Source of the DNA: an uncultured delta proteobacterium
Lineage (GTDB): Bacteria; Desulfobacterota; Binatia; UBA9968
NCBI GenBank assembly: GCA_963840855.1
Contig: CAWJBB010000041.1
Coordinates: forward strand, 1-64,000
Length of the DNA: 64,000 nt
Direction: 5' to 3'
The position numbers and the translations under genes were made by a program. Under the pieces are notes generated by a model, which saw only the letters and a list, made by a program, of their open reading frames with translations, had not been told where the DNA came from and ran no database searches. Every line of letters starts with the position of its first letter. Position 1 is the first letter of the stretch. This document shows positions 1 through 10,306 of this stretch, one piece after another.

Positions 1-1697
1 GGATCGATGAGATCCGCATTCCGAGCACGGTGCAGAGCGTTGTAGCCGATCGCATAGACCGACTGCCCATCGAGGAAAAACACCTTTTACAAATGGCAGC
101 GGTTATCGGCGTGATCGTTCCCTCGCGGCTGCTGCGTGCGGTGGCCGAGCTATCGGAAGATGAAATCCAACGTTACCTCGCCCACCTCCAAGAAGCCGAA
201 TTCCTCTGCGAGACCGCTCTATTTCCTGAGTTGGAATATACCTTCAAACATGCCCTGACTAACGAAGTTGCCTATGGGGCGCTGCTCCATGAGCGTAGGA
301 CCTCTCTCCACGCGCGAATTGTTGGGGTGCTTGAGACGATAGCTGGCGATAGTTTGTATGATCATATCGAAGCGATCGCCCACCATGCCCTCCATGGTGA
401 GCTTTGGGACAAAGCGGTTACCTATCTGAGACAAGCCGGTGTGAAAGCGATGTCGCACTCGGGATTCGCGGAGGCGTTATCATGGTACGAGCAGGCATCT
501 AATGCCTTAAAGCATCTTCCAGAGTCTCGACAGAAACTCGAACAGGATATCGATCTCCATCTCGACTCGCGTAACGCGCTCTTTCTGTTAGGCGATCTAC
601 CACGGATCGCTGAACACCTACACGCTGCGGAATCTCTTGTGGAAACCCTTGGAGATCGCATTCGAATGGTGCGGGTTTTTAACTTTCTTAATAGTTACTA
701 CGGATTAACGGGTGACCCTGAACTTGCTATACGGTTCGGCCAACGCGCCTCGGCTCTCATTTCGGAAAGCGACGGACCGGTGTTAAGTGTAATGACGGAT
801 TATTACTTAGGTGCGGCCTACAACAAATTGGGCCAATATAGCCAGGGAATAAATGTTCTTAAGCGAGCCATTGGACGCCTTGTGGGTGATCTGCGGCACG
901 GACAAATCGGTACGGCGGGCTATCCCGCTGTCACCTGTCGAGGACATCTCGTGCAATGCCTTGCTGCAATGGGTCAATTCCGCGAAGGAGTCTCTTACGC
1001 GGAAGATGGTATTCAGATTGCTGAGGAAGTCGGTGATGCTTCTGTTCTCGTCTACGTGAATTGCAGTCTAGCTTTTTTGTACCTTCTGAAAGGCGACCTT
1101 GACAAGGCAATTCCAATTCTCGAACGTGCTCTAACGACTTGCCGGTTGTCTAATATTCTGGTTTATATTCCGTTTGTTTCGTCGCGACTGGGCTTCGCCT
1201 ATATGAACGCCGGCCGCGTTATTGAAGGCTTGCCCTTTCTGGAGCAAGGAGTTGAAGATTCGGCCTCTGTCGGCCGGCTAGCCTTCTTATCACTTAGTAC
1301 GGCTTGGCTGAGCGAAGGCCATTTGCTTTTGGGTCATCTAGAAAAAGCTGATGTTCTCGCTGAACGTGCGCTGAAAATCGCCAAAGAGCATAAGGAACAT
1401 GCTCACGAGGCGTGGGCGTTGAAGTTGCTCGGCGACGTTGCAATGGGTCACAAGCCACCGAAAACGCAGCACGCGGAGTCCTGTTATCGTGATGCGTTTG
1501 CTGTAAGTCTTGAGCTTGGTATGCGACCACTTCAAGCACACTGCCACCTCGGTCTCGGCAAAGCCTACGCCGCAGTAGGGGCTGTAGAACAAGCTCGCCC
1601 CGAAATGGCGGCGGCTATTGATCTATACCGCTCTATGGAAATGAACCTTTGGTTGGCGCGGGCGAACGCGCTGCTTAACAACATGACGTTAGCGTAA
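1..1697 (+). CDS. AAA-ATPase/TPR regulatory protein (adenylate/guanylate cyclase-ATPase-TPR type), 5'-truncated by the window edge
   Basis: Frame is open from the window start (IPSTVQSVVADRIDRL...YTFKHALTNEVAYGALL), followed by TPR-like repeats ending in ELGMRPLQAHCHLGLG. This is typical of cyclase/AAA_16-TPR proteins. The N-terminal domain is outside the window. Confidence 0.8.
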   Translation, partial: IDEIRIPSTVQSVVADRIDRLPIEEKHLLQMAAVIGVIVPSRLLRAVAELSEDEIQRYLAHLQEAEFLCETALFPELEYTFKHALTNEVAYGALLHERRTSLHARIVGVLETIAGDSLYDHIEAIAHHALHGELWDKAVTYLRQAGVKAMSHSGFAEALSWYEQASNALKHLPESRQKLEQDIDLHLDSRNALFLLGDLPRIAEHLHAAESLVETLGDRIRMVRVFNFLNSYYGLTGDPELAIRFGQRASALISESDGPVLSVMTDYYLGAAYNKLGQYSQGINVLKRAIGRLVGDLRHGQIGTAGYPAVTCRGHLVQCLAAMGQFREGVSYAEDGIQIAEEVGDASVLVYVNCSLAFLYLLKGDLDKAIPILERALTTCRLSNILVYIPFVSSRLGFAYMNAGRVIEGLPFLEQGVEDSASVGRLAFLSLSTAWLSEGHLLLGHLEKADVLAERALKIAKEHKEHAHEAWALKLLGDVAMGHKPPKTQHAESCYRDAFAVSLELGMRPLQAHCHLGLGKAYAAVGAVEQARPEMAAAIDLYRSMEMNLWLARANALLNNMTLA

Positions 1698-1767
1698 CCG
1701 GAAATCTAGTCATAATTTCTTTTCCGGTGAAATTTTGCGATGACGAACTCTCCAAGGACGGCTAAAT

Positions 1768-3702
1768 TTGGGAAATTACACTCACGCTGTTAAGACGTTC
1801 ATTGAGTTCAGAAAGACAGAAATCGAGCAATCGATAACGGATCGCTTCGAGGAGCAGGTGCGCCGGTATTCGGGCAGGCTAGCCATCAAGACCAAAAGCC
1901 AAACTCTGACATACCAACAGCTAAACGCAGCTTCAAATCGGGTGGCTCATTCGATCTTGACGAGATTAGGAGACACTGACACACCGGTCGCCCTGCTGTT
2001 CAAGCAAGGCGCATCTATGATTATAGCTAGCCTGGGCGTCTTGAAGGCGGGCAAGTCATATGCACCGGTCGATATCCTATTTCCTCACAGCAAGGCAGTT
2101 CAAATCCTACAGGACCTCCAAGCCTCTTTAATTCTTACTGATAATGATCACATCTCGTTAGCCCACCAATTAGCCGACAACCTTGCCAAGGTTCTAAATG
2201 TCGAGGATCTAGATGCTCACTGTTCGAACGATAATCCAGGATTGTCTGTATCGCCTGACCGAATTGCCTACATCAATTATACTTCTGGTTCTACTGGAGA
2301 ACCCAAGGGTATCGTCTGGAATCATCGGAACGAGCTTTTCGGCATCAGGGTCAAGACGAACGCGTTGCATATCTCTCCGGATGATCGGGTTACCTTAGTG
2401 CGTTCAAATAATGTCGGGGCGACAAGGGACATGTTACTTGCTTTATTAAACGGGGCGGCTCTCTTGCCATTCGATCTCCACCAAGAAGGCTTAGCCCATT
2501 TGGGTGATTGGTTGCTGGAAGAAGAGATTACCGTCTATACCTGCGTCGCTACGATTTTCCGTCACTCCTTTGAGAACTTAAACCGGAAAGAAAAATTCCC
2601 AAAAATTCGCCTGATTCACGTCGGCGGAGAGCTAGTATCTAAAACGGACATAGAACTGTACAAGAATCATTTTTCAAATGATTGCCTATTCGTTAATAGG
2701 TATAGCATAAGTGAGACCCAAGCTGTTTCATATTACTTCATAAATAAGCAAACCGAGATCACAGAAGAAAGAGTTCCCGTCGGCTACCCTCTTGAGGGCA
2801 ACGAAGTTCTATTGCTGGATGATGACAGAAATGAAGTAGGTGTGAATCAAGTCGGGGAAATTGCGGTGAAGAGCCCCTATCTCGCAGTAGGCTATTGGCG
2901 CCAGCCCGAACTCACGCGCGCCAAGTTCTTACCTGATCCCAACGGAGGCAACGCGCGCACGTATCTTACTGGAGACCTCGGTTATATGCTGCCCGACGGT
3001 TGCCTTGTGCATGTAGGTCGAAAGGACTTTCAGAGAAAAATCAGAGGTCATCGAGTCGAGGTGTCCGTCATCGAGATGGCTTTACAAGATATTTCAGAGA
3101 TTGCGCAAGCGGCCGTCGTCCCGTCAGTCGACCCACATCACGGCGAGCGTTTGGTAGCCTATGTGGTTCCCCAGCTATCCAAGGAGCTGAAGATAAACCA
3201 GGTGCGGGCGTCCCTGAGAGAAAAGTTGCCCAGTTATATGCTGCCGTCCGCCGTTGTCGTACTAGATCGTCTGCCGTTAACAACAAGCGGTAAAGTTGAT
3301 CGAATGGCTCTTCCTTCTCCGAAAAAATCACGCCACGAGCTTAGCGATACTTTCATTGGGCCGACTACTGCTATTGAGAAAATACTAGCCAAACGATGGG
3401 CTGAGATAATAGAAATAGATGAGGTGGGCATTCACGATGATTTCTTGGAGCTCGGGGGTGACTCAGTACTCGCGGCTCAAATCGTTTCAGAAATAAACAA
3501 CATTTTTCCCCTCAAGCAGCCATTGCAAACCTTATTTGAGGCACCTACCGTGGCCAAGCTAGTTGAATTTGTTCTCATGAACGAGACGCAACCTGGGCAT
3601 TCGGATAAGGTCGCCGATCTCCTGATGAAAATTGAAGGTATGTCACCCGAGGAGATCGAGAAGACACTGGAAGAAAAAAGAGGAAAAAGGGGCGATGTCT
3701 GA
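1768..3702 (+). CDS. NRPS loading protein, A-T didomain with non-canonical A domain
   Basis: YTSGSTGEPKG (A3), YLTGDLG (A7), KIRGHRVE (A8), LPLTTSGKVDR (A10), carrier motif FLELGGDSVLA. TTG start uncertain. Confidence 0.9.
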   Translation: MGNYTHAVKTFIEFRKTEIEQSITDRFEEQVRRYSGRLAIKTKSQTLTYQQLNAASNRVAHSILTRLGDTDTPVALLFKQGASMIIASLGVLKAGKSYAPVDILFPHSKAVQILQDLQASLILTDNDHISLAHQLADNLAKVLNVEDLDAHCSNDNPGLSVSPDRIAYINYTSGSTGEPKGIVWNHRNELFGIRVKTNALHISPDDRVTLVRSNNVGATRDMLLALLNGAALLPFDLHQEGLAHLGDWLLEEEITVYTCVATIFRHSFENLNRKEKFPKIRLIHVGGELVSKTDIELYKNHFSNDCLFVNRYSISETQAVSYYFINKQTEITEERVPVGYPLEGNEVLLLDDDRNEVGVNQVGEIAVKSPYLAVGYWRQPELTRAKFLPDPNGGNARTYLTGDLGYMLPDGCLVHVGRKDFQRKIRGHRVEVSVIEMALQDISEIAQAAVVPSVDPHHGERLVAYVVPQLSKELKINQVRASLREKLPSYMLPSAVVVLDRLPLTTSGKVDRMALPSPKKSRHELSDTFIGPTTAIEKILAKRWAEIIEIDEVGIHDDFLELGGDSVLAAQIVSEINNIFPLKQPLQTLFEAPTVAKLVEFVLMNETQPGHSDKVADLLMKIEGMSPEEIEKTLEEKRGKRGDV

Positions 3703-6700
3703 TGGCGGCTCGAGCAGCCCGGCTAGGCATGACCTTGGAGCCGCGAGGCGTGAACTCCTTGAAACTCTTCTCGAAGAAGAAGGAATCGATCTCCGAAGTT
3801 CTGTTAAGATTCGCCCTAGGCAATGCTTTGATAACCTTCCTCTTTCGTTTGCTCAGGAGCGGCTCTGGTTTCTTGATCAATTAGAGCCTGGCAACCCGGT
3901 TTACAACATCTGTCGGGCGTATCGCCTGACCGGCCCCCTCGACCTAAACGTTCTAACATTGAGCCTGAACGAGGTTGTGCGTCGCCACGAGGTCCTGCGG
4001 ACTACGTTTCCGGCTGTAGATGGGCGACCGATTCAGCTCGTCGCTGGCGCCCTGACGCTGATCGTTAAGGTAATTGAGCTTCAGAAACTGACCTGGACTG
4101 ATCGGGAAGCCGAGTTGTTACGGATAGCCATCGAGGAGGGCCAGCAATCGTTCGATCTAGCCCTCGGTCCGTTATTAAGAGTGGCCTGGCTGCGGATTTC
4201 CGAGGAAGATCATCTACTGGTCTTTACCGTACATCAGATTATCTGTGATGGGTGGTCCGCTGGTATCTTTTTCCGTGAATTGGAGAAGATATATGAGACT
4301 TTCTCCAACGGACAATCCCTTACAATTCCCCCTCTTCCAATTCAATACGCTGACTTCGTCCTGTTTCAACGCCAATGGGTAAACGGCGAGGTGCTAGAGT
4401 CGCTGCTTTCCTACTGGAAAAATCAGCTTGGTAGCGTTGTACCAATGTTGGAGTTGCCAACCGATTGTCCGAGACCTTCGGTTCAGACCTTCCGGGGAGC
4501 AAGGCAAGCCATAGAATTATCAGCTTCGATCACGGCATCGCTTAAAGAGCTCAGTCGGCAAGAAGGCACCACGCTCTTTGTGATATTGATGGCTGCTTTT
4601 AATACTTTGCTTCATCGCTATACAACGCAAGAAGACATCATCGTCGGCTTTCCTATCGCTAACCGCAATTATGCTGAGATCCAAAATGCGATCGGTTTTT
4701 TTGTCAATACCTTGCCGCTACGTGCAGATCTTTCTGGAAATCCCACTTTCAGGGAAGTGCTCTTACGCGTGCGCACCGTCTGTATTGCAGCTCATGCTCA
4801 CCAGGATCTGCCGTTTGAGAAATTGGTCGAGGAGTTACATCAAGAGCGAGATTTAAGTCACAACCCTTTGTTTCAGGTAATGTTTGTTTTTCAAAATGTG
4901 TTGGATCCAGTCTTGAAATTTCGAGGTGTCAAATCCGCACCGGTTGGGATAAACACTGGCACCTCTAAGTTTGACCTGACACTTTGTCTGGGCGAGCGGG
5001 AGCAGACGCTCGTTGGATTCTTCGAATACAGTACGGATTTGTTTGACCGGTCTACCATCGAGCGAATGATCGGCCATTTTCAGACATTGCTGGAGGGAAT
5101 CATAGCAGATCCTGATCAGCCCATATCGACTTTGCCTCTGTTAACTGGCGCTGAGTGGCAGCAGTTGCTGGTGGAGTGGAATTCCACGCGGGTCAATTTC
5201 ACTGAGGCATGGTGTCTCCATAAGCTGTTCGAAATGCATGCGGACCGAACACCTGATGCGGTCGCGGTGGTTTTTGAGAATCAGTGGTTGACGTATAGCC
5301 AGCTCAACACGCAGGCTAACCAATTGGCTCGCCACCTCAAGCAGCGCGGAGTTGGCCCGGACAAAATCGTCGGAATCTGTCTGGAGCGATCTTTGGACAT
5401 GGTAGTCGGCTTACTCGGCATTCTCAAAGCAGGTGGCGCCTATCTACCGTTAGACCCAGAGTATCCAAGCGAGCGCCTCACATTCATGTTGGAGGATGCT
5501 CAGGTATCGGTGTTGCTCATCAAAGGGCGGCTGAAGTCCAATTTTCCAGAGTACGACCGGGACGTCGTATGCCTGGACTCAGATTCGGCCATCATTGCGA
5601 AGTACGACCAACAAAACCCATTCCATGACGGAACGGCTGAAGACTTGGCTTATGTGATATTTACCTCGGGGTCGACAGGCAAACCCAAGGGCGTGATGAT
5701 TACCCATCAGAGTATCTGTAATCGGTTGCTCTGGATGCAGGATGCTTTCCGACTGACTGAGTTCGATCGAGTTTTACAAAAAACCGCGTTTAGTTTCGAT
5801 GTATCAGTCTGGGAGATCTTCTGGCCGTTATTGAACGGAGCCCGTCTGGTCATGGCACGACCCGGCGGCCATCAGGACAACGACTATTTAGTCAACGTGA
5901 TCGCTAATCAAAGAATTACGGTGCTCCACTTTGTTCCTTCTGTGCTCCGAGTTTTTCTTGAACAACCAAGTCTTGACGGTTCTGATTGTCTCAGGCTCGT
6001 TATTTGTAGTGGTGAGGTACTACGTTTCGAATTGCAGGAGCACTTCTTTGCTCGACTTGAAGCAGAATTATACAATCTTTATGGGCCAACTGAAGCTGCC
6101 ATAGACGTGACCTATTGGGCGTGCGAACGAGGGAGCAATCGGTGGACAGTCCCAATTGGTCGTCCCATCGCGAATACGCAGATCTACATCCTCGACTCTC
6201 ACATGCAGCCGGTGCCGATTGGAGTACCAGGTGAGCTACACATCGGTGGTGATGGATTGGCGCGAGGGTACTTAAATCGGTCGGAGCTGAGCGCAGAAAA
6301 ATTTGTTGAGAATCCTTTTAGCAGTGAATCGGGATCGCGGCTGTATAAAACGGGAGATCGAGCTCGGTATCTGCCGGATGGGAACATCGAGTTTCTCGGT
6401 AGGCTCGATAATCAGATCAAGATCCGTGGTTATCGGATCGAGCCTGGCGAGATCGAGACAGCGCTAGATCAGCATTCGGAGGTGAAAGAATCAGTCATCG
6501 TTGCTCGTGAGGCCGAATCATCAGTTGAAAGGGAGCTGGTAGCCTACATTGTTCCCAAGCGGGATTCGATTCCTTCCGTTATCGAGCTACGTAATTTCTT
6601 AGCCGCAAAGATTCCTGAATACCTGATCCCCCGCACCTTTGTAATGTTAAAGGGATTGCCGCTCATGCATAACGGGAAAGTCGATCGAAACGCACTGCCC

Positions 6701-9700
6701 CCCCCTGACGGAGAGAGACCGAAGCTGCAGCATGGTTTCGTCGAGCCGCGCACGGAAGTCCAAGAAATGGTTTCTCAAGTGTGGCGCGAGGTATTGAAGA
6801 TCGACCGAATCGGTATTTACGACAACTTCTTCGAGCTCGGTGGGCATTCACTTTTAGCCACCCGTGTAGTTGCGCGTCTGCGCGGTAATTTCAATATCGA
6901 TCTGCCATTGCGCAAGTTGTTCGAATTACCCACCGTGGCGGAGTTGGCGGAGCATATCGATTTCCTGCGCCGCAATCAGAGCGGCGTCAGCATTCCATCA
7001 ATTAAGCCTGTGCCCCGCGATCGATCGATACCGCTATCGTTTTCGCAGCGCCGGCTCTGGTTTCTGCAAAAACTAGATCCTAACTTGACGGCCTATAACA
7101 TCCCGGCCACGTTTCGCATTAAGGGCGATCTGAATATTTCCGCATTGGAAAAGGCCTTGAGCGAAATCGTCAATCGCCACGAGGTCTTGCGCACGCGCAT
7201 TATCGAAATTGACGGTGAACCGTTTCAAGAAATTGTATCACCATTGACCTTCATGTTACCGGTCACAGACCTTTCGCATTTGCTCAAGGAGCAAGCGGAA
7301 GCCGAAGTTCAGGCGCTATCAATCGATGATGCGCGGCAGCTCTACGCTCTGGGAGACGCTCCGTTGATGCGGGCGAAGTTGTTGCGGTTGGATGAACAAG
7401 AATACGTTCTCATTCTCAACTTTCATCACATCGTATGTGACGGCTCATCGCTGATCATGTTCTACCATGAGCTTGCGATGCTTTACGAGGCGTTTTTGGA
7501 TGACAAGGTTTGCACTTTGCCTCCACTCCCCGTTCAATACGCCGACTATGCTGTTTGGCAGCATGAGCGGCTTCAAGGAGAAACCCCGGGATCCCAGCTC
7601 GCCTATTGGAAGCGGCAACTCGGTACAGGATTGACGACACTCAATCTACCGATCGCCTATGAGCGGCCAGTCGTGCAAACCTACCGTGGGGTAAGGTTAA
7701 CGAGAACGCTTTCCGAAGAGCTCACCAAAGGCCTCAAAGACCTAAGTCGCCGTGAAGGCGTCACGCTGTTCATGACTTTGCTGGCGAACCTCAATATCTT
7801 GCTTTCCCGCCATAGTGGGCAAGACGACATCATCGTCGGCTCAACGATTGCGGGTCGCAACCGCCCCGAGACTGACGGCCTGATCGGATTCTTCATCAAT
7901 GCATTGGCGCTACGCGCGGATCTTTCCGGAAATCCAACTTTTCCAGAGCTATTGAAGCGAATCCGAGAAGTTTGCCTGGACGCTTATACGCATCAGGATT
8001 TGCCGTTTGAAAGAGTGGTTGAAGAAATCAATCCTCAGCGAGACCTCAGTCGCAACCCGTTGTTCCAAGTCATGTTCAATATGGTTGATATCTCGTCGCG
8101 GATTCTTAAGGTAGCTGGCTGCCAGACAATCAAACTCTCGCCTTCTGTCCCCGAAGCAAAGTTCGATATTATCTTCCATGCTCCGGAAATAGATGGGAAA
8201 CTTGAACTCGCTATCGTGTACAATGCTGATCTTTTCACTGAAGGTCGCATAGCCTCTTCCCTGGAACAATTCAGCGACCTATTAGCACACGTTGTTGAGA
8301 GCCCCGAGCTAAGGATCGGTCAATACTCTCTCGTGACTCGGTTGGCACGAGCGGTTTTGCCCGACCCAACCGAATCCCTCGATGATACCTGGGAAGGGGC
8401 CATTCATGAGTTGTTTTCCAGCCAAGCAGAGCGCGTCGCGGATCCCGCGGTTGTTGATCCCGACGATTCTTGGACATACCGCGAACTTGATAAGCAGAGC
8501 AACCAACTAGCGAATTGCCTCATAGCTCGTGGAATTGAGCCGAAGGATGTCATCGCGATTTATGCACACCGCAGTTGTCCTATCGTGCTGGCTCTGCTGA
8601 GCGTTCTCAAGGCTGGCGCCACGTTTGTCATTCTTGACCCTGCTTATCCGGCCCAGCGCTTGATCGATTACGTTAAGATAGCACAACCCAAAGGCTGGTT
8701 AGAAATGGAGGCGGCGGGCGACTTGCCTGAGGACCTTTCTCAGTTTCTTCATAGCCTTGGGATTCCCTGTCGAATCAGGCTTCCCAGAACCAAACATGAA
8801 ATCGCCAATTCCCTCAGTCAGTTTCCTGGAAGTGAGACTGGCGTTCCGGTTAACGCGGATGATCCCGCTTGCATCGCTTTCACTTCCGGTTCCACCGGTC
8901 AACCTAAAGGTGTTCTCTGCCGGCATGGCCCAATGACCCATTTCCTCCCATGGCAGAGGGAAGCATTCGATCTGAGGGAAACGGATCGCTTCAGCCTGCT
9001 TTCTGGTCTTGCGTATAACCACCTGCACCGCGATATTTTCACCCCGCTTTACATGGGGGCGACGCTTTTCATACCGCCGGCTGAGATCGTTAGAGAACCG
9101 CAGTGCTTGACCGAATGGTTGGCAGCTAATTCAGTTTCCGTCCTGCATCTCACTCCGGCGCTGGGGCATCTCTTGTTGACCGCCAGCGGAATCACTCTCC
9201 CAGCCGTGCGACGCATATTTTTCGGCGGGGATGTTTTGACCCAAGGCGAGATTGCGGAGATGCGCAAGCTGGCGCCAAATGCAAACATCGGGAGCTTCTA
9301 CGGCGCGACAGAAACCCAGCGCGCAGTGGGCTATTACGAGGTTCCCTACAATTTCGTTGCACGGGACGCCGAGGCCAACCGGCCGATTCCTCTGGGGCGG
9401 GGCAGCAAAAACGTTCAACTGCTGTTGCTAAATGCAGCCGGGCGGTTGGCGGGAATAGGGGAGTTTGGCGAGCTATACGTCCGCAGCCCTCATTTATCCG
9501 CAGGTTACATCGGAGACGAGAAACTAACCGCGGAAAAGTTCGTAGTGAACCCGTTCACGAACGAACCAAATGATCGGCTATTCCGAACGGGAGAGATGGG
9601 ACGATATTTGCCAGATGGGAACGTCGAATGGGCCGGACGAAACGACCGCCGCATCAACATACGCGGCTTTCGTGTTGAACCGGAGGAAGTTGAGTCTCTT

Positions 9701-10306
9701 CTGAAGCAGCACCCAATCGTCAAAAACGCAGCCGTGGTTGCACGGGAATTAGACGACCCCAATCCAGACAATCTAAAATCCAAAATCGAAAATCCAAAAT
9801 CCGAGACGCGCCTGGTCGCGTACGTCGCCGCTGACGAAACTCACCAAACCCTAGCTGATTTGCTACGTGGATACGTAAGCATGCGCCTTCCAGACTATAT
9901 GGTGCCTGCCCGTTTCGTTATCTTAGAGCAACTGCCTATAAGCCCGAATGGAAAAGTCGATTATCGAGCGCTTCCGCCTTTGCAACAATTTCCTGCGTTT
10001 TCCTCAAGCCCGGTGAAGTCTCCGAGAAATGAGGTCGAGGCAAAGTTATCCGTCATATTTTCGCAAGTGCTGGGGCGGAATCAGGTCGGCATCGATGAGA
10101 GTTTCTTTAGTCTTGGGGGTCATTCATTGCTAGCGGCGCAAACCGCCGTACGTATCAGAGAGTCATTTGGAGTGAGTTTAGATCTGCGGACGTTTCTCGA
10201 TTCCCCAACCGTCGCGGCGCTTGCAAAAGAGATAGAGATTCGAATAAAAGTGCGAGACACCGCCTCGAGCAAAAGCGATACAGATCGGGAAGAGATCGAG
10301 CTGTGA
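3695..10306 (+). CDS. NRPS, C-A(Ser-like)-T-C-A(Lys2/aminoadipate-like)-T
   Basis: ATG at 3695 overlaps the upstream stop. C1 LSFAQERLWFL...HQIICDG; A1 FDVSVWE/VLHFVPS/YGPTEAAIDV; T GGHSLLA; C2 HHIVCDG; A2 RDIFTPL/HLTPA/YGATETQRAV; T GGHSLLA. Confidence 0.95.
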   Translation: MSDGGSSSPARHDLGAARRELLETLLEEEGIDLRSSVKIRPRQCFDNLPLSFAQERLWFLDQLEPGNPVYNICRAYRLTGPLDLNVLTLSLNEVVRRHEVLRTTFPAVDGRPIQLVAGALTLIVKVIELQKLTWTDREAELLRIAIEEGQQSFDLALGPLLRVAWLRISEEDHLLVFTVHQIICDGWSAGIFFRELEKIYETFSNGQSLTIPPLPIQYADFVLFQRQWVNGEVLESLLSYWKNQLGSVVPMLELPTDCPRPSVQTFRGARQAIELSASITASLKELSRQEGTTLFVILMAAFNTLLHRYTTQEDIIVGFPIANRNYAEIQNAIGFFVNTLPLRADLSGNPTFREVLLRVRTVCIAAHAHQDLPFEKLVEELHQERDLSHNPLFQVMFVFQNVLDPVLKFRGVKSAPVGINTGTSKFDLTLCLGEREQTLVGFFEYSTDLFDRSTIERMIGHFQTLLEGIIADPDQPISTLPLLTGAEWQQLLVEWNSTRVNFTEAWCLHKLFEMHADRTPDAVAVVFENQWLTYSQLNTQANQLARHLKQRGVGPDKIVGICLERSLDMVVGLLGILKAGGAYLPLDPEYPSERLTFMLEDAQVSVLLIKGRLKSNFPEYDRDVVCLDSDSAIIAKYDQQNPFHDGTAEDLAYVIFTSGSTGKPKGVMITHQSICNRLLWMQDAFRLTEFDRVLQKTAFSFDVSVWEIFWPLLNGARLVMARPGGHQDNDYLVNVIANQRITVLHFVPSVLRVFLEQPSLDGSDCLRLVICSGEVLRFELQEHFFARLEAELYNLYGPTEAAIDVTYWACERGSNRWTVPIGRPIANTQIYILDSHMQPVPIGVPGELHIGGDGLARGYLNRSELSAEKFVENPFSSESGSRLYKTGDRARYLPDGNIEFLGRLDNQIKIRGYRIEPGEIETALDQHSEVKESVIVAREAESSVERELVAYIVPKRDSIPSVIELRNFLAAKIPEYLIPRTFVMLKGLPLMHNGKVDRNALPPPDGERPKLQHGFVEPRTEVQEMVSQVWREVLKIDRIGIYDNFFELGGHSLLATRVVARLRGNFNIDLPLRKLFELPTVAELAEHIDFLRRNQSGVSIPSIKPVPRDRSIPLSFSQRRLWFLQKLDPNLTAYNIPATFRIKGDLNISALEKALSEIVNRHEVLRTRIIEIDGEPFQEIVSPLTFMLPVTDLSHLLKEQAEAEVQALSIDDARQLYALGDAPLMRAKLLRLDEQEYVLILNFHHIVCDGSSLIMFYHELAMLYEAFLDDKVCTLPPLPVQYADYAVWQHERLQGETPGSQLAYWKRQLGTGLTTLNLPIAYERPVVQTYRGVRLTRTLSEELTKGLKDLSRREGVTLFMTLLANLNILLSRHSGQDDIIVGSTIAGRNRPETDGLIGFFINALALRADLSGNPTFPELLKRIREVCLDAYTHQDLPFERVVEEINPQRDLSRNPLFQVMFNMVDISSRILKVAGCQTIKLSPSVPEAKFDIIFHAPEIDGKLELAIVYNADLFTEGRIASSLEQFSDLLAHVVESPELRIGQYSLVTRLARAVLPDPTESLDDTWEGAIHELFSSQAERVADPAVVDPDDSWTYRELDKQSNQLANCLIARGIEPKDVIAIYAHRSCPIVLALLSVLKAGATFVILDPAYPAQRLIDYVKIAQPKGWLEMEAAGDLPEDLSQFLHSLGIPCRIRLPRTKHEIANSLSQFPGSETGVPVNADDPACIAFTSGSTGQPKGVLCRHGPMTHFLPWQREAFDLRETDRFSLLSGLAYNHLHRDIFTPLYMGATLFIPPAEIVREPQCLTEWLAANSVSVLHLTPALGHLLLTASGITLPAVRRIFFGGDVLTQGEIAEMRKLAPNANIGSFYGATETQRAVGYYEVPYNFVARDAEANRPIPLGRGSKNVQLLLLNAAGRLAGIGEFGELYVRSPHLSAGYIGDEKLTAEKFVVNPFTNEPNDRLFRTGEMGRYLPDGNVEWAGRNDRRINIRGFRVEPEEVESLLKQHPIVKNAAVVARELDDPNPDNLKSKIENPKSETRLVAYVAADETHQTLADLLRGYVSMRLPDYMVPARFVILEQLPISPNGKVDYRALPPLQQFPAFSSSPVKSPRNEVEAKLSVIFSQVLGRNQVGIDESFFSLGGHSLLAAQTAVRIRESFGVSLDLRTFLDSPTVAALAKEIEIRIKVRDTASSKSDTDREEIEL
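9761..9802 (+). repeat. Heptamer tandem repeat (AAAATCY/G-type) in frame inside NRPS A2 domain
   Basis: aatccagacaatctaaaatccaaaatcgaaaatccaaaatcc encodes NPDNLKSKIENPKS. The same array family occurs at 50071-50134 and 55235-55273. Confidence 0.85.

Noticed and set aside
3632-3694. Listed upstream start of the 2224-aa NRPS
   Set aside because: Overlaps the previous gene; ATG 3695 with a purine-rich RBS and stop/start overlap is more plausible.
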